Source: Thermoanaerobaculum aquaticum (GTDB taxonomy: Bacteria; Acidobacteriota; UBA4820). Taken from it: a DNA stretch of 53,540 nucleotides. Shown here piece after piece: positions 1 through 11,033 of this stretch (positions within the stretch are counted from its first letter, which is position 1; each line of letters begins with the position of its first letter). The stretch spans positions 1 through 53,540 of the forward strand of contig DYJZ01000003.1 of NCBI GenBank assembly GCA_020722885.1. The letters run 5' to 3'. A program made the position numbers and the translations under genes. Under the pieces are notes generated by a model. It made no database searches. It saw only the letters and a list, made by a program, of their open reading frames with translations, and had not been told where the DNA came from.

Positions 1-261
1 TCGATGGGTCCACAAACGAAGTGATCTTCCTTTGTGAAAAGAGGAGGATTGCTTCACGGGAAAATGCCTCGAAGTAGAATTCGCAATGACTGCGTTGCTT
101 ATTAAAAAGAGGAAGATTGCTTCGGCGGACTTTCCCACGAAGGAGCGCTCGCAATGACACGGTTAGTGAGCACTCGCAACGGAATATTTCTAAATAATCC
201 TGACATTTTTCCTCTTGTCTTCTTAGATGGTTCTGTCAAAATTTATTTTTGGACAGATGTG
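1..261 (-). mobile_element. Partial copy of the nested MITE/REP composite (outer end at 261, inner TGTCA end at about 205, REP units 1-180)
   Basis: Ends in TTTTGGACAGATGTG, the reverse complement of the CACATCTGTCC end at 5380 and 31418. 150-261 aligns with 31418-31530, and 1-90 aligns with 39640-39730. Confidence 0.8.
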
Positions 262-726
262 ATTGTTCAATGGTTCTAAAATATCAAAACCCTGCTCCAA
301 TCCATCTTCGTTATTTACATACCACTCTATGATTTTACCTTTGTATATCTGAACCTTGTTTTCTCTGGTTGTAATTGATCATTCCCCACTTTTACCTGCC
401 ATTAGTTCAAAACCAAGCTTCCACTCTTCCTCTTCCTGTAAAGAATAAACTTCAATACCCTTTTCTGCAAAAATTACTTTGAAAGAATTTGCCCTGTTTA
501 GTGCTTCAAAATTTTTCCCGTCTTCAGAAGAATAAATCATATATTCTTCCTTTGATATATTTTTCTTCACTGTATCAAACCAGATAGATGAAACTCCTTC
601 AAGCAATTCACGCTTTGGGGCGGGTAGAACTACCTTATTGTTTCCATTTACCTGTCCAACATAAGAAACAACATAAAGGGAAAAGATTAAACCAAAAATA
701 ATAACTTTTATCTTTTTCATTATCAT
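262..726 (-). pseudogene. Truncated secreted protein, N-terminus resembling FG-GAP/integrin-like surface proteins
   Basis: Signal peptide and GGAGA RBS. After the TGA at 379-381 the same frame continues SITTRENKVQIYKGKIIEWYVNNEDGLEQGFDILEPLNN up to the element end at 261. I recall the EWYVN..GLEQGF motif from such proteins. Confidence 0.65.
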
Positions 727-861
727 CTCCTGAAATAAAATAGTAAAAATAAAATAAAAAGTCTAGTATATTGAATCTATTGGAAACAAAATCATTTAAT
801 CCCCCATTTGCAGAATTTGAAAACATTTTAGCTTGTGTTAAATTATTCTTTTGGAGGCTTA

Positions 862-1581
862 ATGACTCATAAAAGAAGATTTTACATCCCCCTTTCTTTT
901 GTAAAGGATAGCATTGTAACTATTAAGGGTGAAGAGGCTCACCATGCTGTAAAAGTTTTAAGGGTTAAAGAAAATGAATTTGTTACTTTGATAAATGGGA
1001 GGGGAGAAAGTGTTTTAGGAACAATTGTTAAAATTACAAAAGATGAATTGGATATTTATATTTCTGGAACTCTTGTTGTTTTTGAAGAGCCACGATTAAA
1101 GGTTTCTCTACTTATAGGAATGGCAGAAATCGCAGTTCTTGAAGAGTCGCTTCTTCACTCAACAGAGCTCGGATTGTGGAGATTCTGCCCTGTCCAGACA
1201 AAATTTTCAGTAACAAACTGGAAAACGATTGAAAATAAACTTGAAAGGTTTCAGAGAATTGCCATTTCAGCAATAAAACAATCAGGCTTCCCCTTCCTCC
1301 CGCAAATAACCATTTTTAAGGACTTAAAATATGCACTTTCAAACCTCTCTTCAAAAGGATTTTTGTTATCTCAGGAAGGAGACACCCACCTTTCAGATTT
1401 TGCTGACCTTAAAGGAGAAATTACGCTTGCCGTAGGTCCTGAAGGCGACTTTTCGGACGAAGAAAAACTTCTTTTTTCACAATTTGGATACAGGAAAACG
1501 AAACTCTCAATGAACACACTCAGAGTTGAGACAGCAGCCTTAACAGCAATGGCTCAAATACAAAACCATTTTGAATTTTGA
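862..1581 (+). CDS. rsmE: 16S rRNA m3U1498 methyltransferase
   Basis: HHAVKVLR, GPEGDFS and LRVETAA motifs. GGAGG RBS before ATG 862. Confidence 0.92.
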   Translation: MTHKRRFYIPLSFVKDSIVTIKGEEAHHAVKVLRVKENEFVTLINGRGESVLGTIVKITKDELDIYISGTLVVFEEPRLKVSLLIGMAEIAVLEESLLHSTELGLWRFCPVQTKFSVTNWKTIENKLERFQRIAISAIKQSGFPFLPQITIFKDLKYALSNLSSKGFLLSQEGDTHLSDFADLKGEITLAVGPEGDFSDEEKLLFSQFGYRKTKLSMNTLRVETAALTAMAQIQNHFEF

Positions 1582-1606
1582 CTTATAACTTCTTTTGCTT
1601 TACCAT
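1578..1606 (+). promoter_or_regulatory. Putative sigma70 promoter for accB-accC-thiE
   Basis: TTGACT-17 nt-TACCAT, overlapping the rsmE stop codon. Confidence 0.5.
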
Positions 1607-1627
1607 AGAATAGGAAAGGAATGTGGT

Positions 1628-2155
1628 ATGGTTCAGGAGAAAAAACAAAAATCGGGCGTTCTTGACTTTAATAAAATTAAGAAATTAATTGAAATACTTG
1701 AAAAAAGCTCTCTCGAGGAAATTGAAGTTGATTGTAAGGATGTTCATTTGAAGTTAAAGAAACCTTCCTCAGCAGGAAGCACTGTCTCTCAACCTGCTCC
1801 GGCAATTTCTGTTCCTGCGCTTCCAATTGTTCAATCGCTCCCTTCGAATGTTGCACTTGAACCATCTCTCGAAAAAAAGGTAACAGAAAGTAAAAATACA
1901 GAAATTGAAGCAAACCGTTTTGAAGTTAAATCCCCTATGGTTGGCACCTTTTATAGAGCTCCAGCTCCTAATGCAAACCCATTTGTAAAACTTGGTGACT
2001 TTGTAAAAAAAGGACAGACACTATGCATTATTGAAGCAATGAAGATTATGAACGAAATTGAATCTGAAGTAGACGGAAAAGTGGTTGAAATAAGGATTGA
2101 AAATGCAAATCCTGTTGAATATGGTGAAGTAATTATGGTAATTGAAACAGCATAG
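1628..2155 (+). CDS. accB: Biotin carboxyl carrier protein
   Basis: [17 protein letters not shown] biotinylation motif and a Pro/Ala linker. Confidence 0.95.
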   Translation: MVQEKKQKSGVLDFNKIKKLIEILEKSSLEEIEVDCKDVHLKLKKPSSAGSTVSQPAPAISVPALPIVQSLPSNVALEPSLEKKVTESKNTEIEANRFEVKSPMVGTFYRAPAPNANPFVKLGDFVKKGQTLCIIEAMKIMNEIESEVDGKVVEIRIENANPVEYGEVIMVIETA

Positions 2156-2159
2156 TGAA

Positions 2160-3500
2160 ATGTTCAGAAAAATTTTAATTGCAAATAGAGGCGAAATAGC
2201 GTTAAGGGTTATCTGGGCTTGTAAAGAATTAGGCATTAAAACTGTGGCAGTTCACAGCGAGGCGGATTCTGATTCTCTCCATGTAAGGTTTGCAGACGAA
2301 AGTGTTTGTATTGGACCTTCACCAAGCCATCAGTCTTATCTGAAGATTCCGTCAATAATAGCAGCAGCAGAAATCTCAAACGCAGACGCAATACATCCTG
2401 GATACGGTTTTTTATCTGAAAACCCTGAATTCGCTGAAGTTTGTCGTGTATGCAATATAACATTTATAGGTCCTCCTCCAGAAATTATTTCTCTTATGGG
2501 AAACAAATCTAAGGCAAAAAATGTTATGAAGGAGGCAGGTGTTCCAGTTTTACCTGGCTCTTCTGACCCTGTAAATGATTATGAGGAAGCATTGTCTTTA
2601 GCAAAAGAAATTGGTTTCCCTGTAATTTTGAAAGCGGCTGCTGGGGGTGGCGGAAAAGGAATGAGAGTAGTTTACTCTGAAAAGGAGATGGAACAAGCTT
2701 TCAAAATGGCAAAGAGCGAAGCCGGGGCATCATTTTCTGATGACTCCATTTACATAGAGAAATATCTTGAGAATCCACGCCACATTGAAGTTCAAATACT
2801 TGGAGATAAATTTGGCAACATAATCCATTTAAATGAAAGGGAATGTTCAATTCAGCGCAGGCATCAGAAACTTTTAGAGGAAGCGCCTTCATCTGCCCTG
2901 ACTCCCCTTTTGAGAAAAGAAATTTGTGAAACAGCAGTAAAAGGGGCAAAATATGTTGGCTATCAGAATGCAGGAACTATGGAATTTCTTTATGAAAAAA
3001 ATAAATTCTATTTTATGGAGATGAACACAAGAATTCAGGTCGAGCACCCCGTTACTGAAAATATAACAGGTATTGACCTTATTAAAGCACAGATTCTTTC
3101 TGCCGCAAATGAAAAAATGATTTACAATCAGGACGATATAAAGATTATTGGACATTCCATTGAATGCCGGATAAATGCAGAAGACCCTTATAGATTTATT
3201 CCCTGCCCAGGAAAAATATCCACATTTCACATTGCTGGAGGTCCTGGTGTCAGAGTGGATACCGCTGCATATTCTGGTTATGTGGTTTCACCTTACTACG
3301 ATTCCCTGATTGCAAAATTAATAGTAAGAGCACATACTAGACAGGATTGTATTTCCCGGATGAAAAGGGCACTGGAATCTTTTATAATAGAAGGAGTTAA
3401 AACAAACATTCCCCTTCACCTGAAGATTCTTGAAACAAAGAACTTTAAAGAGGGAAAATTAACTACAAAATTCCTTGAAGAGATTCTTCCCCAAAAATGA
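2160..3500 (+). CDS. accC: Biotin carboxylase
   Basis: [28 protein letters not shown] and [14 protein letters not shown] motifs. Confidence 0.97.
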   Translation: MFRKILIANRGEIALRVIWACKELGIKTVAVHSEADSDSLHVRFADESVCIGPSPSHQSYLKIPSIIAAAEISNADAIHPGYGFLSENPEFAEVCRVCNITFIGPPPEIISLMGNKSKAKNVMKEAGVPVLPGSSDPVNDYEEALSLAKEIGFPVILKAAAGGGGKGMRVVYSEKEMEQAFKMAKSEAGASFSDDSIYIEKYLENPRHIEVQILGDKFGNIIHLNERECSIQRRHQKLLEEAPSSALTPLLRKEICETAVKGAKYVGYQNAGTMEFLYEKNKFYFMEMNTRIQVEHPVTENITGIDLIKAQILSAANEKMIYNQDDIKIIGHSIECRINAEDPYRFIPCPGKISTFHIAGGPGVRVDTAAYSGYVVSPYYDSLIAKLIVRAHTRQDCISRMKRALESFIIEGVKTNIPLHLKILETKNFKEGKLTTKFLEEILPQK

Positions 3501-4141
3501 TAACCATCGACCCTGTTTATCCTATTTCTCCATCAGGATTTGACCAAAAAAAACTATTTAAGTGGTTTAAATCGCTGCTCGATGAGGGAGCCACTTTTCT
3601 GCAATATAGAGACAAAAATAGAAGCGAAACAGAACTTTTTCGAAATGCAGAAAAACTCCTTAAACTCTTTGAAAACTATAATGCAACTCTTGTAATTAAT
3701 GATCGTGTTGATATTGCACACATTCTTGAAGCAAAAGCAGTTCATCTTGGCTGGGATGACCTTCCACCAAAAGAAGTCAGAAAACTTTCAGGAAATAAAA
3801 TCATAATTGGAATTTCCACTCATAATTTAAGACAATTAAAAACGGCATTAAATTATGAAATAGATTATATAGCACTTGGTCCTGTTTTCGAAACTTTAAC
3901 AAAAGAAAATCCCCATCCAGTTGTGTCTGATAGAGTTCAAAAAAAAGCCATTAAATTAACAACGCTTCCTCTTGTTGCAATTGGCGGAATTACTACAAGA
4001 AATTCAGCACAACTTTATAAAAAAGGTTTTACTTCACTTTCTGCCATATCTGCTTTTAAAGAAAATCCTGCAAAAGCTTACAGGGAGTTTAAAAAAGTTT
4101 ACAGGGAATTCAAAATAAACTTAAAAACAACAAATAAATAA
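3497..4141 (+). CDS. thiE: Thiamine-phosphate synthase
   Basis: [29 protein letters not shown] and VAIGGI motifs. Confidence 0.9.
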   Translation: MITIDPVYPISPSGFDQKKLFKWFKSLLDEGATFLQYRDKNRSETELFRNAEKLLKLFENYNATLVINDRVDIAHILEAKAVHLGWDDLPPKEVRKLSGNKIIIGISTHNLRQLKTALNYEIDYIALGPVFETLTKENPHPVVSDRVQKKAIKLTTLPLVAIGGITTRNSAQLYKKGFTSLSAISAFKENPAKAYREFKKVYREFKINLKTTNK

Positions 4142-5343
4142 CATATAGAAATTAGGGAACTTATAAATGTTATAATAAGACCAGACCTTAAATATTCTCT
4201 AAATCCCACAATTCTTGTTCCCTTAGCCATTTCCACCACTATCAAATTAGCCATCGAACCAAGTAAGGTTAGATTTCCTGCAAGGGTTGAAATTGCAGCG
4301 AGAATATAATAGAAATATTCAGAAGAGGCGGTCTTTGACGCCCATTTCATTGCAACCATAACAAAAGGAACATTTGAAAAGAAATTACTGAAAATGACTG
4401 TTATAAAGGAAAAAATCACGCTTCCTTCAAAAGTGAGTTCTTCAGGAATGTAGGGGGTAAGGTATTCAAAAAACCCTGTTTCTTCCATTGCTCCGATTAC
4501 GACAAAAAGTCCGGCAAAAAAAAGAAGTATAGAAAGGTCAATCTTCGAAAAAATTCTTTGAGGAGAAATTCTTACCATAAGAATCAAAAAAGCTGCACCG
4601 CAGAGGGCGGTAAAAGAAAGGTGAAACCCCAAAAACCAAAAAATAATAACTGCAAAAAGGACGAGACCAGATTTGATCATCAGGTTTCTTTTTATTCTAA
4701 ATTCAGGGATTCTTGGGTCTCTTTCTTTGTCCGAAATGAGTACTTTGTTAAAAATTTTTAATAAAAGAATGTTGTTAACATAAAGTAAAAAAAGAGCAAG
4801 AGGAAAAACAATTACAAAGTATCTTGAATAGCTTTAATTTCCATAAGAACCAATAAGCATATTTTGAGGATTTCCTGTCAATGTTCCCATTGAGCCAATA
4901 TTTGAAGAAGTTGCAAGTGCAATAAGAAAAGGAAGTGCGTCAACTTCAGAAGAAATGGTAAATGCAAGAATAATAGGAGTCATCATTATACAAACGGTAT
5001 CATTCACAAGAAAAGCAGAACCAAGTCCAGATATCCAGACAACTGCTGTGAGAAACTTTTTAGGAGAAGAGATATTTTTTATGAAAATGGAAGCAATCCC
5101 TCTGAAAAAGCCTGCAAGCCTGAGATATTCTGAAATCACCATCATCCCAAAAAGAAGAACGATTGTGTTTAAATCAATAATTCTGTAAGCCCCATCAACT
5201 GTTAAAACTCCAAAAAAAACCATCATGGCTGCACCGAGCATTGCCCCTGCAGGCCTTCCGATGTGAAGAACTCTAAACCTCCTTGCTGCAATAAGAATAT
5301 AAGTAAAAACAAAAATAAGAAGTGCTATAACATTCTTTTCCAT
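4099..5343 (-). pseudogene. ArsB/NhaD/SLC13 ion-transporter superfamily permease interrupted by one in-frame TAA (4834-4836)
   Basis: The two ORFs share a frame and are joined by 51 stop-free codons. Motifs: SAFLVNDT, SNIGSMGTLTGNPQN, SNVP, LAGNLTLLGSMANLIV. Confidence 0.85.
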
Positions 5344-5379
5344 AGTGATAAATAATAGCACAGATTTTTAGGCAAAGTT

Positions 5380-5875
5380 CACATCTGTCCGAAATAAATT
5401 TTGACAGAAGCATCTAAGAAGTCAAGAAGAAGAATGTCAAGACTATTTAGCAATACTCCGTTGTGAGTGCTCACTAACTGTGTCATCGCGAGCATTCCTT
5501 CGAAGGAAAGCCACCGAAGCAATCTTCCTCTTGCTCATAAAGCTGAAACGGAAAGCCTTAGAGAGGTGTTCAATAGGGGTTTGCAAAAATATTTTAATCT
5601 TTTTACGGTTTTTCCACTGCCATTTTAGAGAACATTTTCAATTAGTTTAAGAGAGGAAATTATCATATAGCTTTGACAGGGAACTTATGAACCATCAAAC
5701 CTGAAACCTTTAAGCCCGGCCTTTTTGAGAACCAATTGGAAGCATAATGACATATACAGGCATAAAAACAGTGAGCCTCATTTTCAAGCCTTCCTAAAAC
5801 CCGTCCAAAACCCCCGTTTTTACAGGATCACTTTTCCGATTCTAAATTATCTTGGACAGCAGTGGGACAGCAGTG
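5380..5875 (+). mobile_element. Non-autonomous composite element (MITE) with IS4-like outer inverted repeats
   Basis: Left end CACATCTGTCCGAAATAAATT. Right end AATTATCTTGGACAGCAGTG, with the last 11 nt tandemly duplicated. Colinear with 31418-32034. Confidence 0.8.
5435..5678 (+). mobile_element. Inner element with TGTCAA...TTGACA imperfect inverted repeats, carrying REP units
   Basis: Left TGTCAAGACTATTTAGCAAT versus reverse-complemented right TGTCAAAGCTATATGATAAT. Confidence 0.7.
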
Positions 5876-5882
5876 AATTTAA

Positions 5883-6620
5883 TTATTTTCTTTTAATGAT
5901 TTTTATAGGGGAAAAAGGAACTTCTTGAAATAGCATTATCACCCTTTTTCTTGCTAGTTCAAGGATAGCAAGAAAAGTAACCACAATCTCGCCTCTGGTT
6001 AACTCTTTCAAAAGCTCTTCAAACATAGCTGAAGGTTTTTCTTTCAGAATTTCTATTATTTCCTCAATTTTTTCACTTAAATTTTTTCCATCAAGAAGAA
6101 TGATCTTCTTTCCTCTATCCTCAGCTCTTTGTATTACATCTTTAAGCGCCGTAACAAGATCCCACACCTGAACATCACAGACAGCAAGAGAGCCCTCTTC
6201 CACAGGCAATTCAGTTCTGTAATAATGGTTACACATAAGGTTTTCCTTCTCTCCAAGCATCTGCCCAAGGTCAAGAAATTTTCTGTGTTCAACAAGTTGC
6301 CTTACAAGAACCTCCCGTGGGTCTTCCTCCTCTCCCTCTCTAACCATTTCGCTTTTAGGAAGAAGCATATAACTTTTTATATAAATCAGCGCGGCAGCCA
6401 TACTTATAAAGTCAGCCGCTATGTAGAGATTAAGTTCTTTCATCCTTGAAAGATATTGATTGTACTGCCTGGTAATAAAAGCAATCGGTATATCGTAAAT
6501 GTCAATTTCGTTTCTATCTATAAGATATAAAAGAAGATCAAGGGGACCCTCAAAGACAGGCAGGGAGTATCTCGGTCCTTTATTCTCAAACAAATTTATT
6601 TCTTCAACTATATCTGCCAT
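5883..6620 (-). CDS. scpA: Segregation and condensation protein A
   Basis: FEGPLDLLLYLI, IDIYDIPI, DPR..LV and IVVTFLAILELA motifs. Confidence 0.95.
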   Translation of the reverse strand: MADIVEEINLFENKGPRYSLPVFEGPLDLLLYLIDRNEIDIYDIPIAFITRQYNQYLSRMKELNLYIAADFISMAAALIYIKSYMLLPKSEMVREGEEEDPREVLVRQLVEHRKFLDLGQMLGEKENLMCNHYYRTELPVEEGSLAVCDVQVWDLVTALKDVIQRAEDRGKKIILLDGKNLSEKIEEIIEILKEKPSAMFEELLKELTRGEIVVTFLAILELARKRVIMLFQEVPFSPIKIIKRK

Positions 6621-6686
6621 ATAAAAAATTCCAGAATGTGTATTATAATATTAAAACTTGATTTATGAAAGATTGGAGGATACTTT

Positions 6687-8330
6687 ATGAATAAAGAAAA
6701 GATAATGACTTTTAGAGAAAAGCACAAAGAAAAGGTACAGAAAACACTTAAAGATAAGACTTTTTTATCTTCAACATCGGGATACGAATTTGAACCAATT
6801 TACACCCCTCTCGATATTCCTGAAGATAGCTATATGGAGGATCTTGGGTTCCCCGGAGAATTCCCCTTTACAAGAGGTGTACAGCCGACTATGTACCGGG
6901 GAAAATATTGGACTATGCGGCAGTATGCTGGATTTGGAACTGCGAAAGAATCAAACCAGAGGTACAGGTATCTTATCGAAAAAGGTCAAACGGGGTTATC
7001 TGTTGCCTTTGACCTTCCTACTCAAATGGGGCTTGATTCAGACGACCCATTGTCGCATGGCGAGGTTGGAAAGGTTGGCGTTGCAATAGACACTCTTGAT
7101 GATATGGAGATACTTTTTAAAGATATTCCCCTTGATAGAGTATCAACTTCAATGACCATAAATTCTACAGCCTTTGTTCTTCTTGCGCTTTACATCGCTG
7201 TGGCAGAAAAGAAGGGAGTCGCCTCAGAACTTCTATCGGGAACAATTCAGAACGACATCCTGAAGGAATATATTGCAAGAGGAACTTATGTTTTTCCACC
7301 AACTTCTTCTTTACGTCTGATAACGGATATATTCGAATTTGCCGGTAAGAAAACCCCAAAATTCAATACAATCTCAATATCAGGATACCATATAAGAGAA
7401 GCGGGCTCTTCTGCCGTTCAGGAAATTGCGTTCACATTTCTCAACGGAATAACCTATGTCAAAGCAGCAATTGACAAAGGGCTTGATGTTAACTCCTTCG
7501 GAGAGAGACTTTCCTTCTTTTTCAATGCTCACAATAATTTTATTGAAGAGATTGCAAAATTCAGGGCTGCAAGAAGGCTATGGGCAAAAATTATGAAAAA
7601 TAAATTCAATGCTGAAAATCCTAAAGCTCAGATGCTGCGCTTTCACACACAAACCGCAGGATGCACTCTTCTTGCACAACAGCCAGATGTCAATATAATC
7701 AGGGTAACTCTTCAGGCACTTGCTGCAGTTCTTGGAGGAACACAGTCTCTTCATACAAATTCAAGAGATGAAGCACTTGGGCTTCCTACAACAGAAAGCG
7801 CAACCCTTGCTTTAAGAACCCAGCAGGTTATAGCGTATGAAAGTGGTGTTACAGATATTATTGACCCACTTGGTGGTTCTTACGCTATTGAAGCGCTAAC
7901 AAACAAAATTGAATCAGAAGCAGAAAAACTCATTGAAGAAGTTGAAAAAATGGGAGGAATGGTCACTGCAATTGAAAAAGGATGGGTTCAAAGACAGATA
8001 GAAGACTCTTCTTACAGGTACCAGAAGGAATTAGAACAGAAAAAAAGAATAGTAGTCGGTTTGAATTCATTTACAGAAGAAAAGGAAACCCCGATACCAA
8101 TTTTGAAAATAGACCCAGCACTTGAAGAAGATCAGATAAAAAGGCTTCAGAAAGTTCGAGCGGAAAGAGATAATACAATCGTCGTAAAATGCCTGAAAAA
8201 CCTTAAAGACACCGCAATGTCAAAAGATAATATAATGCCCCCTACACTGGAGGCGGTAAAAAATTACGCAACAATAGGAGAAATCGTCAAAATTTTGAAG
8301 GAGGTTTTCGGGGTCTATAGGGCAACTTGA
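6687..8330 (+). CDS. Methylmalonyl-CoA mutase, N-terminal (substrate-binding) subunit
   Basis: [44 protein letters not shown] and TQSLHTN motifs. No B12-binding domain. Confidence 0.95.
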   Translation: MNKEKIMTFREKHKEKVQKTLKDKTFLSSTSGYEFEPIYTPLDIPEDSYMEDLGFPGEFPFTRGVQPTMYRGKYWTMRQYAGFGTAKESNQRYRYLIEKGQTGLSVAFDLPTQMGLDSDDPLSHGEVGKVGVAIDTLDDMEILFKDIPLDRVSTSMTINSTAFVLLALYIAVAEKKGVASELLSGTIQNDILKEYIARGTYVFPPTSSLRLITDIFEFAGKKTPKFNTISISGYHIREAGSSAVQEIAFTFLNGITYVKAAIDKGLDVNSFGERLSFFFNAHNNFIEEIAKFRAARRLWAKIMKNKFNAENPKAQMLRFHTQTAGCTLLAQQPDVNIIRVTLQALAAVLGGTQSLHTNSRDEALGLPTTESATLALRTQQVIAYESGVTDIIDPLGGSYAIEALTNKIESEAEKLIEEVEKMGGMVTAIEKGWVQRQIEDSSYRYQKELEQKKRIVVGLNSFTEEKETPIPILKIDPALEEDQIKRLQKVRAERDNTIVVKCLKNLKDTAMSKDNIMPPTLEAVKNYATIGEIVKILKEVFGVYRAT

Positions 8331-8331
8331 T

Positions 8332-9501
8332 GTGAAAGAAAATTTTACCCCAATCCTGAAAAAAACATTATTCTTTCATACCCTTGCCCTATTTTTCGAA
8401 GGAATACTTAACGGAGTATGGCTTTTAAACGATGTTGTTGCAAGGAAGCATTTTCTTTCAAGTCCCTTTTTAATAACTCTTCTCGTAATGGCTCCTTCAG
8501 CCTCATTAATTCTCTCTCTTCCTCTGGGGCATTTTATTGCAAAATGGAATAAGAAGCCATTTTTTCTTATAGCAGGAATTTTACGACTTTCGCTTCTCTT
8601 TGTTCCTTTATGTGACCAGGCTTTTTGTTTTGTTGTTCTTGCAACAATTACATCAGCATCCTGGCCTATATTTTACACTTCTCAAAATGCAATACTTAAA
8701 GAGAATTATCCCGAAACAAAAAGGGGAAAATACTTCAGTTTGATATACTCCCTTTCAGGTTTTATTGCTATTTTAACCTCCCTTTCCCTGGGCAATTTTT
8801 ATGACTTTCTGACAGATTACATAGTTTATGTTTATCCTTTTGCAGCACTATGCGGTTTTTTTTTCATGTTTTTTGATGTCCAGAATATCTGAGAAAAAGA
8901 GAAATAATGACGAAAATATTGTAACAAATCCTTTTGAAATAATTATGAAAGAAAAAAATTCAGGCAGTTCGAAATTTCATTCTTTTCATACGGCTGCGGT
9001 TATATGATGATGCTTCCCCTTCTTCCTCTTTTTCTTGTTGACCATCTTAAAGTGAACTACACTCAGGCATCATTTCTTAATGGATTTTTTTATCAGGGAA
9101 TGATAGTTCTTTTTTCCTGGGCTGTTGGAAGGCTTTCCGATTCCATAAATCCATTAAAACTTGCAAAAATTGGTTTCCTTTTTCTTTTTTTCTATCCCCT
9201 TTTACTTTCTTTTACAAATTCTATAAGTTACACCTGCTTTGTTTATGCCTTTTATGGTCTCAGTATGGCAATCGTTAATGTAACCTGGTATCTTGCACCA
9301 CTTACATTTTGCAGAAAACCGGAAGAAGCCTCGTCTTTTATGGCGGTCCATGTGGCACTTGCTGGAGTAAGGGCATTTATTGCATTCCCCCTCGGTACCA
9401 TTCTCTATTCTCTTTCAGAAAGTTTTTCTCTTCCCTTTTTTGTATCCTCCTGTCTTTTCTTTATAGGATTTCTAATAATGCCCTTGAAAAAACAACCTTG
9501 A
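8332..9501 (+). pseudogene. MFS transporter split by two compensating homopolymer indels
   Basis: Two hydrophobic halves. Removing one T from T9 (8856-8864) and adding one base at A7 (8952-8958) restores a single ORF of about 390 aa. Confidence 0.75.
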
Positions 9502-9524
9502 CATTCCTTTTCTTCTCATTTTTC

Positions 9525-9698
9525 TGTCAAGACTATTTAGAAATACTCCGTTGCGAGAGCTCACTAACCGTGTCATTGCGAGTGCTCCTTCGGGGCAATC
9601 ACCCCCGAAGCAATCTTCAACTTTTCAACAAAGGAAGATCACTTCGTTTGCAAATACTTCGAAGTGAACCTCATTAGACATTATCAATAATTATGAGA
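9525..9698 (+). mobile_element. Stand-alone inner element with REP units (+ orientation)
   Basis: Starts TGTCAAGACTATTTAGAAATACTCCG, contains GTCATTGCGAGTGCTCCTTCG..CGAAGCAATCTT and ends GACATTATCAATAATTATGAGA. Confidence 0.7.
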
Positions 9699-9875
9699 AA
9701 TTTTTTCGTTATCCTTAACTTTTTATTATTTTTATCTAAAATGACAGGTGGAGGAGAAATGAAAAGAGGACATTTAAGATATAGCCTTTTTTTTAAACTT
9801 CAACAACGAGCAAAAAAAAGCAGATTGACAAAGCACAATGAGAAATATTGTCTATCCTGATATAAAGGAGGTCAA

Positions 9876-11033
9876 ATGAAAAAACTCTTTGTAACTATTT
9901 TTCTTCTTTCCTTTACTCTTTTTGTCTTTGCTAGCAATTGGAACGATAAGCTTTTTGAGGCAGTAAAAAATGGCGATTTAAAAACCGTTGAAAAAGCGAT
10001 AAAGAAAGGCACTGATGTTAATGCAAAGGACAAAGACGGCTTCACGGTGCTGATGAAGGCTGCTGCAAATGGTTACAAAGACATCTGCGAACTTCTTATT
10101 TCAAAAGGTGCCGATGTGAATGCAAAAAACAAAGATGGCAGGACAGCGCTGGACCTGGCAAAAGAAAAAAACAACAAGGCTATAGCAGAACTTTTGATTT
10201 CAAAAGGCGCAGCTGACCCAATGGCAAAGCCAACTGAGAAGCCGCCCATGGAACTGGCTAAATTAAATAAAAACAAGAAAGAAGAGCCCAAGGCAGAAAC
10301 TAAGGAACCGATACAGGTTGCCCAGAACGTTCCAAAAGATAGCAAGAAGCTGAGCCAGGACCAGGGGGCTGGAGAAGTAAAAAAGGAATTGACATTAACT
10401 TTGAAAGAATATGATGAGGTCGGTCAAGTAATGCAGAAACTCATCGAAAAGAAAGAGGTTCGGGAAGTTCATTTAAACGTTGAGCCTAAAGCCGGGAATT
10501 ATGTAACTCAAGCCGAAGAGTGGACAATCTCTTACGAGCAGGGGGGTCCTGGCAATATGTTTACTAAAGGTGTAATTACCAATAAGTATGGCATAGAAAC
10601 TTCTGCCGAGTTCTTTATTTCGATGGCAGTTACAAATTTGGCTATGGAAACTGATCAGGTAGACTGTACTTTCCTTAAAATTTTTACTGTCATAAGACCT
10701 GATGATAGAAGCCAAACTGCATTGATTATTTCAGATAAAGTTGGTGCTGTGTTTTTCACCCTTAATGGGAATAAGAGAATTGTGCGCACTGGGTTCAGTG
10801 CAGGTGACGCTAAAATCGATAAAACACCAAGAATCGATCTTGACGTTGGTTTTGACGAGTATGGCGGCTATATAGACGTGAATGTATCAGATGAAAATGC
10901 AAGACAGAAACTGGCTGATGGCAAGGAAGCTCGTTTGGTGTATAGTGCCGTTTACCCCACGAACGAAGATAATCCGATAGCTCGCCCCCGCATCAGGTTA
11001 CCAACCGTGTTTGTAATCGTGAATGGCGAATAG
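9876..11033 (+). CDS. Secreted ankyrin-repeat protein fused to an unrelated C-terminal region
   Basis: AAGGAGG RBS, signal peptide and about 3 ankyrin repeats (GADVNAKNKDGRTAL) up to residue ~112. The rest is unrecognised. Confidence 0.85.
   Translation: MKKLFVTIFLLSFTLFVFASNWNDKLFEAVKNGDLKTVEKAIKKGTDVNAKDKDGFTVLMKAAANGYKDICELLISKGADVNAKNKDGRTALDLAKEKNNKAIAELLISKGAADPMAKPTEKPPMELAKLNKNKKEEPKAETKEPIQVAQNVPKDSKKLSQDQGAGEVKKELTLTLKEYDEVGQVMQKLIEKKEVREVHLNVEPKAGNYVTQAEEWTISYEQGGPGNMFTKGVITNKYGIETSAEFFISMAVTNLAMETDQVDCTFLKIFTVIRPDDRSQTALIISDKVGAVFFTLNGNKRIVRTGFSAGDAKIDKTPRIDLDVGFDEYGGYIDVNVSDENARQKLADGKEARLVYSAVYPTNEDNPIARPRIRLPTVFVIVNGE

Noticed and set aside
379-4836. Stop-codon reassignment suggested by the in-frame TGA (379) and TAA (4834)
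   Set aside because: The two codons differ, and both terminate many conserved genes normally in this window.
5460-5480. CIRCE-like GAGTGCTCACTAA / GAGCACTC motifs
   Set aside because: They are parts of the REP units, lack the 9-9-9 inverted structure and are not at heat-shock promoters.
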